Notes: generated by a model not told the origin, from the letters alone. DNA of 64,000 nucleotides from Methyloligellaceae bacterium (GCA_965224165.1 CBDCYM010000011.1:3622464-3686463); one strand, 5' to 3'. Numbered from the stretch's first letter, positions 29,524 through 39,408 are shown. Numbers and translations are program-made.

Positions 29524-29610
29524 TTGACGTCAATTGGCACTATGCAGTTGCCAACTTGTGAAATCAATCGCCTTGGAAAGAAAATACAGGATCATGGTTT
29601 GTTGACGTCA
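29524..29610. promoter_or_regulatory. Two copies of TTGACGTCA (palindromic core TGACGTCA) 78 bp apart
   Basis: Exact 9-mers at 29524-29532 and 29602-29610, in the region between the IclR gene start and the AT-rich T1SS leader. This is a candidate operator pair. Confidence 0.35.
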
Positions 29611-30006
29611 CATAATTAATAGACAGAAAATCGCAGACATACTTCAGAAGTGGTCACGACCATCAAAAAGAATCGAGAGAAAGGGTTATATATTAACATT
29701 ACAAAAAATCTAACATAGAAATATTATCAAATATTCCATGCAAATTGACTAAATAATTATCCAATCAAAATAAATTTTATTCTTGATAGAATCAAGTAAA
29801 ATTCACTATATTATACAAAAATTATAATAATATTATGATTTATATTTTATATAATACGGGAGATTTAAGAAAAATATACAAAAAAATAGAGAAATATTAA
29901 TTTTTTTGTTCCATTATAAGAAGTCAGATTTACCAAAAACTAGGTTTTCCCATTTAACAAGATCAGTAAGTATACGCAATTTTTCCGCGGAAAGGCCATC
30001 GCGGCA

Positions 30007-32523
30007 ATGGATGATGAGTTGGAAAGCAGTGCTAAACGTGATGAACGTCTCTCTATCCGAGAGCTTCGTAGCCGTTTGCTATCCAATTTTCCCACTTTGA
30101 AAGGAACCGGGCAAAGCCCGGAAGACACAAGCTCTAAACTTGATCATCAAGTTGAAGAATCTGAATTTTTTGAGCCCTGCGAGCCGGAGCAAGAAGACCA
30201 ATATCCAGAGACCGACGACAATGCTGAAGAAGCCCAACACGCTGAGCCTTATATCAAAAGAACAATAGGGGACCGTTTTTCCGCCCGGAAACTTGGTCAC
30301 CTTTTGTCGTCTATGCTTCCAAATTTATGGCGGTTTAAGCAGCGAACAGAAGATAAAAACCTGGAGCTTGATGATCAGGCTGAGCTAGATGCCGAACACA
30401 TACTCTGCGAATTAGATCAGCAGCTTGAAGAGATTGAGTCTGTCGATACAAATATTGAGACGACAGAAAATGATTCCAGCGCAAACGGCGAACCAAATTT
30501 AGAAAACGAAAATTTTGAAATCTATAATCAGACTGAAGAAGCTACGTCTCTAGAATCTGAAGGGTCTGACATAGAGGCTGCTGCACAAGATGATCATCAT
30601 AATCTGTCTGACCAGCAAACCCTTCCTGAACAAAGTAACCACCTCTCTGTTCGGGAGTTGCGCAATCATTTACAGTCTAATCTGTCGAAGTCAGGAGAAG
30701 AAGACCAAGAAACTAAAAACGAAAACCTTGAGTTTCATGAAGAGCCTGAGGAAGTTCAGTTTTCCGACGCAGATATCGAAACTGAAAAAGATGATCATGC
30801 AGGATGGTTTATCGGGCTATCGCATCCCTTAAAAAATGTGCGACACGTCCTCGCTGACTGTCTTGAACTTCCCCGTTCCGTCATCTTTTCTTCCTTTTTC
30901 ATTAATTTGCTTGGACTCAGTCTTCCCCTTGCAATTCTGCAAGTTTATGATCGTATTTTGCCTAACTCATCTCTAGAAACTTTATCGCTCTTGTTAATCG
31001 GGCTGATCGTAATCTTTTTGCTTGAAGGGGCGATGAAAATTGCCCGCGCCTATGTCATGGCCTGGGCGGCGGCGCAAAATAGTTACTATGCAGAGCTAGA
31101 AGCCGTTAGTAGAATCCTGAAATCGGATATAACAGAAATTGAGAAAAACCCTCCTAGTATTTGGATGGATCGTCTCGACGCGCTCGGCGAGCTAAATCGA
31201 TTCCACGGAGGTTCTGCAAAACTTATCCTTATCGACTTTCCGTTTGTCGCAATCTTCTTATCTGTAATTCTTTTCGTCGGTGGGACCTTGGTGCTCGTTC
31301 CGATCGCTGTCGTCGTTGGTCTCGGAATCATGATCATGAGGCGTGGAAAGAAATTACAAGACCTTCTGCAGGCGCGCGCCGAGCAAGATGGTAAGCGGTA
31401 TGATTTCATTACTGAATGTCTAGCCGGAATTCTAACCATAAAAAGCATGGCCATGGAGCCACAAATTCAACGCCGATATGAACGGCTTCAACAATTTTCT
31501 GCGGAGGTCAGTTATCGAACCATTCTGCATGGTGCCTCCATGCAATCAATTGGTAACTTCTTTGCAAATTTGACGATGATATTGGTGGTTTTTGTCGGTG
31601 CCTTTGCGGTTATGAACGGAACGTTAAGCATTGGGGCGCTCGCATGTTGCTCATTATTGTCCGGCCGGATGATTCAACCTGTTATTCGTGGAATTGGGGT
31701 TTGGACGGAAATGCATAATGTTGCTATCGCTAATGAGCGAGCAAGCGAACTTTTCGAGCTTCCGTCATCTGTTGATGATGTCATTGATGATCAAGCGATT
31801 GAACCGGTTGAATGTCACGGTGGGATTACTGTGCGGAATCTATGTTTCCGGCATGGAGAGAACCAATACTCTTCGATTGAGGATGTTACATTCAGCATAG
31901 CGCCCGGCGAAATCTTTGCTATTCGTGGTTCTGATGGCAGCGGTAAGTCCACACTTGCCAGAATCATTATGGGTGAGTTTATTCCCGAACGGGGCTCAGT
32001 TTATATTGACGGCCACAATGTTACGGCAATGCCATCTCATTCGCTCAGGAATTCAATATGTTATGTACCCGACAATGCCACTCCCTTTCGAGGCACAATT
32101 CTTGAGAACATCACGATGTTCCGGTCCGGTACAACGATTGAACAGGCGCGCCGAGCTGCTCAGCTCATCGGGATGGAAGAGGATATCAATCGTTTGCCGG
32201 AAGGTTATGATACCTTCATTGGTGACGGCATAACCGATATCCTTCCTGTAGGGCTCATCCAACGCATTGCTATTGCGCGGGCCGTTGCACAAAACTCGAA
32301 AATCCTCATTCTCGACGAAGCTAATGCGTCACTCGACCATGATAGTGATCGCCTATTTCGCGAAGGCTTACTTAGACTCAAAGGCCGAGTAACGATCTTT
32401 ATCGTTAGTAATCGTCCATCACTCTTGGAAATCGCAGATCATGTCTATTCTCTGGATAAAGAGCACAGTGATGACGACTTGTTAAATGAGGCACATGATG
32501 TGGGAGGCGAGACTAGTGCTTAA
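30007..32523 (+). CDS. Type I secretion ABC transporter subunit 1 (TMD+NBD) with ~290-aa acidic N-terminal extension and non-canonical NBD motifs
   Basis: T1SS-type TM1 (FFINLLGLSLPLAILQVYDRILP). Walker A GSDGSGKST and Walker B ILILDEA. Q-loop reads VPD rather than VPQ, signature reads LPVGL rather than LSGGQ, and the H-loop position reads SNR rather than HR. Confidence 0.85.
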   Translation: MDDELESSAKRDERLSIRELRSRLLSNFPTLKGTGQSPEDTSSKLDHQVEESEFFEPCEPEQEDQYPETDDNAEEAQHAEPYIKRTIGDRFSARKLGHLLSSMLPNLWRFKQRTEDKNLELDDQAELDAEHILCELDQQLEEIESVDTNIETTENDSSANGEPNLENENFEIYNQTEEATSLESEGSDIEAAAQDDHHNLSDQQTLPEQSNHLSVRELRNHLQSNLSKSGEEDQETKNENLEFHEEPEEVQFSDADIETEKDDHAGWFIGLSHPLKNVRHVLADCLELPRSVIFSSFFINLLGLSLPLAILQVYDRILPNSSLETLSLLLIGLIVIFLLEGAMKIARAYVMAWAAAQNSYYAELEAVSRILKSDITEIEKNPPSIWMDRLDALGELNRFHGGSAKLILIDFPFVAIFLSVILFVGGTLVLVPIAVVVGLGIMIMRRGKKLQDLLQARAEQDGKRYDFITECLAGILTIKSMAMEPQIQRRYERLQQFSAEVSYRTILHGASMQSIGNFFANLTMILVVFVGAFAVMNGTLSIGALACCSLLSGRMIQPVIRGIGVWTEMHNVAIANERASELFELPSSVDDVIDDQAIEPVECHGGITVRNLCFRHGENQYSSIEDVTFSIAPGEIFAIRGSDGSGKSTLARIIMGEFIPERGSVYIDGHNVTAMPSHSLRNSICYVPDNATPFRGTILENITMFRSGTTIEQARRAAQLIGMEEDINRLPEGYDTFIGDGITDILPVGLIQRIAIARAVAQNSKILILDEANASLDHDSDRLFREGLLRLKGRVTIFIVSNRPSLLEIADHVYSLDKEHSDDDLLNEAHDVGGETSA

Positions 32524-32548
32524 GTTTGGCGCTAGTCAGATATAGGAC

Positions 32549-34765
32549 ATGCAAAACCAAATCGAAAACCCGCAGACCTCAATCGACATGCCGAAAAATG
32601 GCGTTCACGCACTCTTAGACTTGTTGAAATCCACCTATATTTGCGTTGATGAGGAGCGAGTTGACGAAACGACACCGGCTGGGGCATGCCTGCGGCCACT
32701 GCTTGCCTCGCTTGAATGGGCAGGCGAAGCACGGCATTTGCAGGAATCTCTCCCCCATTTCGACGCATTAAACGACATTGATGGTCTTCGCGCCGTACTA
32801 GCTCGTCTAAACTTCGAGACCCACCAACAACGTGTGCATCTGGATGACCTTAACTCAGAAATGTTCCCTTGCCTTTTTATCCCAAAACGAGGGGAGTTAT
32901 GCGTTGTCTTATCCAGAGAGGCAAATGGTACTTATTTAATCTTTGATGGAGCGAGCCAGTCATTCCAAGAATTTATGCCCGCCAAAACCGGAGGCACAAT
33001 TTACCTGATCCGCCCTCATGATGTGAAAACGCAGCAGAAAAAAACAATGCGGTATGGCTGGCTCCAAACTCTCATAATAAAATTTCGGCGCACCTTCTTC
33101 ATTCTCTTTGGGCTTACGTTTGTCATTAACGTCCTTGCCCTTACCGTACCTATTTACGTCATGAACGTTTATGACAAGGCAATTGGCTCCAAATCTTTGA
33201 TGACACTTGGGTTTCTAACTGCTGCAATTGCGATCGTACTCGGGTTTGAAATGCTGCTTCGAACAATAAGATCGCAAGCAATTGCTTACCTTGGAACTCG
33301 CATTGAAACCCTGCTATCGGTCACGGCATTCCAACAGCTTTTGCATCTACCACTTGTCATGACTGAAAACGCACCAATTGGCGCACAGATTACCCGGCTA
33401 AAACAATTCGAATCCATTCGGGATGTTTTTTCTGGTCCACTCGCTTCGACAGTATTGGACCTACCATTTTCTCTTGTATTTCTGGGGGCTATTTTCGTTA
33501 TTGGCGGGGTTCTAGGATGGATACCTGTAGCCCTTATTGTGATCTATCTGATTATGGCAAGCATCACAATTCCGATCACGCGATATCATATAGATCGTGC
33601 AGGCGAGGCTAAGATTCAAAGCCGGAATTTTTTGATTGAACTTACAACAAAGTTCCGGGGTATTCGCAATAATACGGGGGCTGAGACCTGGATCAACCGT
33701 TTTAGTGGTGTTGCCTCTTCTCTTATCGCTTGTCAGTTTAAAGCCCAACAGACAAATTTCATTGTCCAGACTCTGGCCCAGGTGCTCGCCATGATAGCAG
33801 GTGCGGCAACGGTTGGGCTTGGGACACTAATGGTGCTCAATGGTGAGCTTTCAATGGGTGCACTTATTGCAATAATGGCCCTGATTTGGCGAATGCTTTC
33901 CCCCTTGCAGGCCGCATTATTAAGCCTGAATCGTTTAGGGCAAGTTATTGGAAGTTTTAGACAGATCAACCATTTCATGCGCCTGAAGGTTGAACGTATA
34001 CCGGGACAATTACCGACTTTTTACCGAGATTTTAAAGGCAAGATTTCAATGCATGGCATATCTTTGCGCTATTCATCGAAATCTGAACCTGCTCTGAGAG
34101 GTATAAATCTTCAGATCAACCCGGGTGAAGTCATCGCAATTACAGGGCCGAGCGGTGCAGGCAAATCAACTCTTCTTAAAGTGATGACACATCTCTATCA
34201 GCCTCAGGCCGGGGTCGTCATGATTGACGACCTGGATTTGCGTCAAATCGACGTCGCTGAACTAAGACATGCCATTGGCTATGCACCGCAAAAACCGGTC
34301 TTTTTCTACGGAACGATTGCACAAAATCTCAAGCTCGCTCACCCAACGGCAAGTGAGGAAGAAATTATTAATGCCCTTAAGAGCATTGGGGTATATGACG
34401 TCGTAAATAGCCTTGAAGATGGCATAGATTCCAGGATTCAAGGAGCCCGTGTAGAGCACTTCACAAGCGGATTTCTACAACAACTTATGCTGGCTAGAGC
34501 ATTTGTCAAAGATGCAAAAATTTACCTCTTGGATGAGCCCGGAACCAATTTGGACCATGCGGGAGACGAAGCATTGATACGAAAAATTAATTCTTTGCGC
34601 GGCCAGTCAACCGTTGTGATGGCCACACATCGCCCCAGCCATATGTGGCTTGCTGATCGTGTTTTCGTAGTCGTTCAAGGCACAATTGTAGGAGAAGGTC
34701 CGCCAGATGAAGTTGTTCCTGCTCTTATGAACAAAAGCCAAAAATGCGCTTTATCAAAGTCTTAA
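32549..34765 (+). CDS. Type I secretion ABC transporter subunit 2 with N-terminal C39-like domain
   Basis: ~170-aa N-terminal domain in the position of the HlyB/LssB C39-like domain. TMD (VINVLALTVPIYVMNVYDKAI). Walker A GPSGAGKST, Q-loop APQ, signature FTSGF (degenerate), Walker B IYLLDEP, H-loop ATHRPS. Confidence 0.85.
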   Translation: MQNQIENPQTSIDMPKNGVHALLDLLKSTYICVDEERVDETTPAGACLRPLLASLEWAGEARHLQESLPHFDALNDIDGLRAVLARLNFETHQQRVHLDDLNSEMFPCLFIPKRGELCVVLSREANGTYLIFDGASQSFQEFMPAKTGGTIYLIRPHDVKTQQKKTMRYGWLQTLIIKFRRTFFILFGLTFVINVLALTVPIYVMNVYDKAIGSKSLMTLGFLTAAIAIVLGFEMLLRTIRSQAIAYLGTRIETLLSVTAFQQLLHLPLVMTENAPIGAQITRLKQFESIRDVFSGPLASTVLDLPFSLVFLGAIFVIGGVLGWIPVALIVIYLIMASITIPITRYHIDRAGEAKIQSRNFLIELTTKFRGIRNNTGAETWINRFSGVASSLIACQFKAQQTNFIVQTLAQVLAMIAGAATVGLGTLMVLNGELSMGALIAIMALIWRMLSPLQAALLSLNRLGQVIGSFRQINHFMRLKVERIPGQLPTFYRDFKGKISMHGISLRYSSKSEPALRGINLQINPGEVIAITGPSGAGKSTLLKVMTHLYQPQAGVVMIDDLDLRQIDVAELRHAIGYAPQKPVFFYGTIAQNLKLAHPTASEEEIINALKSIGVYDVVNSLEDGIDSRIQGARVEHFTSGFLQQLMLARAFVKDAKIYLLDEPGTNLDHAGDEALIRKINSLRGQSTVVMATHRPSHMWLADRVFVVVQGTIVGEGPPDEVVPALMNKSQKCALSKS

Positions 34766-34808
34766 GCTAATTTTCCTATCATAAAAGCCGGTAGGGAAGT
34801 TGCACGTT

Positions 34809-36161
34809 ATGCGTACTGGGTGGAAATCATTAATCGATCGCCACGCTGGTGATGACACCATCACTGGTCAACGCCTTACTTTACCTGCAGCTCTAGAAGA
34901 TGGCCGGATTCCCGGTGCTCTGGGTCATTTATCCTATTTTGCCAGTGCTCTTATTTTGGCTGCACTTATCTGGGGATCAATCGCACAAATTCGTGAGCTT
35001 GCGATCACCCATGGTCAAGTAATTCCCTCCAGTTCGGTCAAGCTTGTGCATCATTTAGAAGGCGGAATAGTTGAAGATGTGCTTGCCAAAGAAGGACAGA
35101 TTGTCGAACAAAACGCACCGCTTTTGCATCTTCGCCCTACCGCAGCGAAAAGCGATTTGCGTCAGGCCCATGTGCGGGCCGCCCATTTGACATTGCAGAA
35201 AATTCGTTTTTCCGCGCATATCTCCGGTCAAACACCTGATTTCGGCGAACTTGGCAAGCGTTATCCCAAACTTGCGGAGGACGAGCTTGATGTTTTTTTA
35301 GCAACCCAGAAGCAGCTTGAGAAAGAAATACATATACTCCACACCCGGATAACACAGCGTGAAGTCGAATTAGAAGCGGCACTAAAAGAATTCGAAAGCC
35401 TTAGCAGGCAAGTTGATATTCAGAAGGAGAAACTTGAAATCCGTGAGAGATTACTCAAGGAAGGCTATACCTCACGGCGTGGTTATCTCGAAGCTAAGTC
35501 AGAATTTGAGAGCGCGAGGGCGCGCGCGATTTCTGCGGAGGGGCGATTAGAAGCAACACGGGAGCAGCTCACAGAAGCAAAAAGTCAGCTACCTAAGTTC
35601 AAAGCCGAAGCCCACAGCAAAACCTCTGAAGACAGAGCGAAAGTCGCAGCTGAACTTGCTGAACTCGAACAGTCCCTCTACAAACACCAAGACCGCGTAG
35701 ACCGTCTTCAAATTCGTGCCCCCGTTAGAGGCATCGTGCAAGAGCTTATTCCCCGAACAAAAAACGAAGTGGTAAAGCCAGGAGAACTTGTGGCTAAGGT
35801 TGTACCGCTTGATGAAGATGTCGTTGCAGAAGTGCAGGTCCAGCCAAAAGATATCGGCCATGTAAACGTTGGCGATGAAGCCGAGCTTAAGATCTCAACC
35901 TATGACCCCAATATTTATGGGGTTGTTAAAGGTACCGTCGAAAAGCTCTCTGCCACAACTTTTCAAAAAGAAAACGGTGAGCCCTATTACAAAGCAACGA
36001 TCAAGATTGATAAAAACCATGTTGGATCGGGTAAGACAAAAAAACTGATATTGCCTGGAATGGTTGTACAAGCGGATATTATTACTGGTGCAAAGTCCCT
36101 CGTAAGATACTTACTCAAACCAGTTTACCGGTCGCTGAATGCAGCCTTCACCGAAAGGTAA
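34809..36161 (+). CDS. HlyD-family type I secretion membrane fusion protein
   Basis: N-terminal TM, a long coiled-coil region, a lipoyl/beta-barrel C-terminus and the typical C-terminal LLKPV motif. The ATG at 34809 is preferred over the TTG at 34800. Confidence 0.85.
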   Translation: MRTGWKSLIDRHAGDDTITGQRLTLPAALEDGRIPGALGHLSYFASALILAALIWGSIAQIRELAITHGQVIPSSSVKLVHHLEGGIVEDVLAKEGQIVEQNAPLLHLRPTAAKSDLRQAHVRAAHLTLQKIRFSAHISGQTPDFGELGKRYPKLAEDELDVFLATQKQLEKEIHILHTRITQREVELEAALKEFESLSRQVDIQKEKLEIRERLLKEGYTSRRGYLEAKSEFESARARAISAEGRLEATREQLTEAKSQLPKFKAEAHSKTSEDRAKVAAELAELEQSLYKHQDRVDRLQIRAPVRGIVQELIPRTKNEVVKPGELVAKVVPLDEDVVAEVQVQPKDIGHVNVGDEAELKISTYDPNIYGVVKGTVEKLSATTFQKENGEPYYKATIKIDKNHVGSGKTKKLILPGMVVQADIITGAKSLVRYLLKPVYRSLNAAFTER

Positions 36162-36392
36162 AAAAAACCACTCATTTCATATGTGCCCGACATAGCTAAA
36201 CTTGATCCAATTACACTGCAGAGTATTAAGAAATCTTCTTACTCAAATGAAAATAAACATTTTTTTCCATTAATAAAATTCTTGGCAATCGCACAGCCTA
36301 AAGCAACCCTAGTTACCTACCGTTAAGTATCGAATGCTAGCTTAATACCTTCAAATGCAAATCAGCATCTTATCAAATATTTGGCAAAATTA

Positions 36393-37490
36393 ATGTCGCA
36401 CACGCAAAAAGAGCTCGAAGAGCTCCTTCAATTGGCACAAGAGCCTTCAAGCGATAAGCGTCGTGCGCTACTACGCCGGATCACGGACGTTTTTCTATAT
36501 GATGCCGAGTCCCATAGTGACAGCCAATCGGAATGTTTTGGCGACATTATGCATAAGTTGGCTTACGACCTGGAGCAACAGGTCCGTGAAGAGCTTTCGA
36601 GCCGGTTGGCCGAAGAAAAAAATGCACCTCATCACCTCATCCGTGCCCTTGCCAATGATGAAATTGAGGTTGCAAAACCGGTATTGGAAAAAAGTGTCGT
36701 TCTCACCGAGGACGATTTGATTGAGGTTTCTAAGAAGCGTGACCAAGAACATCTTCAGGCAATCACAGTCCGCCCCGATATCGGAGAGAACTTATCTCGT
36801 GAGCTTGTTAAACGTGGTGATGACACCACTGTAGAGAAATTGCTTCGCAACGAAAACGCCAAAATTGCAAGCGAGACGGTTGAGGAAATTGCAGAGCGGG
36901 CTAAGAAGTCTGAGATATTGCAGGAACCTCTTATTGGCCGCTCTGAGGTAACTCAGAATATTCTTGAGGATCTGTATTCGCATGTTACAGATGAGCTGAA
37001 ACAAAAGATTCTGGCAGCGTGCGAAGACATCGATGAAAGTTCAATTGAACCTGTCCTCGACACAGTCGCATCGCAATTAGCCCAAGCGAAGATTGAAACC
37101 ATCGAGCAGCTTATTGAAGGTTTGGCTCGCAAAGGAGCATTGACGGAAAACCAACTCATCAAGTTCCTGAAAGACCGCAAGGCGATGGAATTTCTCCTAA
37201 CGCTCTCTCATATAACCGGTCTAGATGTTCAAACGACACGTCGAATCATTGAGGATAAGAGTGGTAAATCTCTGATTATTTTGTGCAAGGCTCATCGCAT
37301 GAGCCCAATGACCTTTAAGGAAATAGCGATGTCTTCGTTGACCGGCATCGCTGAAGAACCAAGCAAAATGTTGCCGCTAATTACTATCTATAACCGTTTT
37401 GATACGCAAAACGCCCAACGTGTTATGCGCTTTTGGCGTACCCGAAAACACACTCTAGAACAAGAAAAAGAAAAAGCGGTTTCTGCCTGA
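36393..37490 (+). CDS. DUF2336-like helical-repeat protein (acidic, no signal peptide)
   Basis: Recognised only by general resemblance to alphaproteobacterial DUF2336 proteins (RRALLRRITDVF...). It lies between the MFP and TolC genes. Confidence 0.5.
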   Translation: MSHTQKELEELLQLAQEPSSDKRRALLRRITDVFLYDAESHSDSQSECFGDIMHKLAYDLEQQVREELSSRLAEEKNAPHHLIRALANDEIEVAKPVLEKSVVLTEDDLIEVSKKRDQEHLQAITVRPDIGENLSRELVKRGDDTTVEKLLRNENAKIASETVEEIAERAKKSEILQEPLIGRSEVTQNILEDLYSHVTDELKQKILAACEDIDESSIEPVLDTVASQLAQAKIETIEQLIEGLARKGALTENQLIKFLKDRKAMEFLLTLSHITGLDVQTTRRIIEDKSGKSLIILCKAHRMSPMTFKEIAMSSLTGIAEEPSKMLPLITIYNRFDTQNAQRVMRFWRTRKHTLEQEKEKAVSA

Positions 37491-37600
37491 GTTCCATTTA
37501 ACTCTAAAACCTCTCTCTTCTTCTGACCAATCAATCATCTCTAATATCCGATGTTTTTAATAGTCAGTGCATCTGGGCATCTCTAAATACTCCCTTCGGA

Positions 37601-37675
37601 CCATCCACCACTCCCTACCATCCGCCTAATTATCGCAGAATATGGTGGATGGTAGGGGATGGTGGATGGTTTTTA
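37601..37675 (+). terminator. Long hairpin followed by a T-run (probable terminator or structured element)
   Basis: ccatccaccactccctaccatccgcc pairs with ggtggatggtaggggatggtggatgg across a 17-nt loop, followed by TTTTT. Confidence 0.5.
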
Positions 37676-37850
37676 GAGGTCTCCATCTGGGCATATTTGA
37701 TCTATTTTGGGACATTCTCCCCTCTCATTTAATCATTTTTAAACCCAGAAAGCGGATGCTCAAGTGACAACCAGTAAACGCTAATACCAACTGGTTATTT
37801 TGTGGGGTGAGGTATGCTTGTCAGTAAGTGTGCCTGTATAGGAGTTGGGC

Positions 37851-39305
37851 ATGGGGTGGTTTGTAGAAGAGTGGCGTGGGTGGACTGTACCAATTTGGCA
37901 GTTTGCGTCAAAAATTAGTTTTCCGCTTTTAATTGTTACTCTATGTTTTTTGATGATATCAGTTATGCCCCGTCCCGGGCATACAGAAACCTTAAAGCAG
38001 GCGCTAAACCTTGCTTACCGGCACAACCCTACAATTCTTGCAGAACGCGCCCGCCAACGGGCCACAGATGAAGGTGTATCGCAAGCTATTTCCGGTTGGA
38101 GACCAACTGTTAGTGTAACGGGCCACGTTGGTCGCAATAAAGAGCGGGTCACTCCTCCTACTACGCATTCCGATCTTGATCAAACGAGTGTCGGCATTTC
38201 ATTATCACAACCCATCTTTCGTGGATTCCGCACGATCAATGAGACACGGCGTGCAGAAGCTCAAGTACAAGCCGGCCAGGGACAGCTTCGTGATACAGAG
38301 CAAAATACACTTCTCTCCGCGGTTAAAGCCTATATGGACGTGTTGCGAGACAGACAAATCTTAAGGTTACGCCGCAGCAACATCAATTTTCTCGCTAGGG
38401 AATTAGACATCAGTAAAAGCCGTTTTCGTGAAGGTGAAAGGACCCGGACAGATGTCGACCAGGCCAGGACAAGATTGCATCAAGGGCGCGCTGAATTAGC
38501 TGAGGCAAAAGCAAATTTGCATGCAAGTGAAGCTACTTATGCTTCCATAATTGGTCACTTACCCAGAAAACTTTCATCACCAAAGTCGATCTCAGCACTG
38601 TTGCCAAAACATTTACAGAGCGCAATTGTTATTGCCACTGCAGAAAATCCACTCATTCTAGCTGCTAATCACAGAAAAGACGCAGCAATGCGTGACGCTG
38701 ATGTTATTCGTGGTGAGTTGCTCCCCACTGTTTCCCTTGATGCCTCTTATCAACGTGACCACCATCCTAACCGCTTTTCCGATAGGGAAGATAATGGGAC
38801 AATTTCATTACGTTTTTCTATGCCTCTTTATAAATCCGGCGAAACATATTCACGCATTCGCCAAGCGAATGCGACCGTAGAACAGCGAACCCAAGAACTT
38901 GCCAATACGCGAAGCCAAGTCAAAGCCTCTGTCATATCTGCTTGGCAACGCAGACAAGCTGCTAAAAGTCGTATCCGTGCAGCAAAGCGTGCCGTCCGTT
39001 CGGCAAAAGCTGCGGTAAAGGGCATTCGAATAGAGGCAAACGCAGGCGAACGTTCGGTTTCTGACATATTGGATGCGCAGGGGGATGTGGTTAACGCTGA
39101 AGTCGAGTTGACCAATGCTAGGCGTGATTTCGTTGTAACCGGCTTCTCGCTCCTAGCAACACTTGGACAACTCACTGTCGATCATCTTAAACTTGATGTT
39201 GAGGCTCATGAGCCAAATCGCAATTTAAGGGCAGTTCGCTATCAGCCCATTGGCGAAACCCCTGGAGGATTTATCACCACTGTTACTCGGGCAAAAGGCA
39301 ATTGA
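37851..39305 (+). CDS. tolC: TolC-family outer membrane channel
   Basis: ETLKQALNLAYRHNPTILAERA start of the mature protein, two repeated halves of OEP type, and a long signal-like N-terminus. Confidence 0.85.
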   Translation: MGWFVEEWRGWTVPIWQFASKISFPLLIVTLCFLMISVMPRPGHTETLKQALNLAYRHNPTILAERARQRATDEGVSQAISGWRPTVSVTGHVGRNKERVTPPTTHSDLDQTSVGISLSQPIFRGFRTINETRRAEAQVQAGQGQLRDTEQNTLLSAVKAYMDVLRDRQILRLRRSNINFLARELDISKSRFREGERTRTDVDQARTRLHQGRAELAEAKANLHASEATYASIIGHLPRKLSSPKSISALLPKHLQSAIVIATAENPLILAANHRKDAAMRDADVIRGELLPTVSLDASYQRDHHPNRFSDREDNGTISLRFSMPLYKSGETYSRIRQANATVEQRTQELANTRSQVKASVISAWQRRQAAKSRIRAAKRAVRSAKAAVKGIRIEANAGERSVSDILDAQGDVVNAEVELTNARRDFVVTGFSLLATLGQLTVDHLKLDVEAHEPNRNLRAVRYQPIGETPGGFITTVTRAKGN

Positions 39306-39408
39306 CGACATCCGTAGCTAAGTTGTAGTAATCATTTCCATAAATCACAAATCTATCTCATTCATCATGTCTATTTAAGTTTCTCTAAGCTCGTAAATCT
39401 CTACCGCA

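Noticed and set aside
29835-29900. A 21-codon ORF (MIYILYNTGDLRKIYKKIEKY) in the AT-rich T1SS leader, considered as a possible bacteriocin or leader-peptide precursor.
   Set aside because: It has no RBS and no double-glycine motif, and its composition simply mirrors AT-rich DNA. It is indistinguishable from chance.
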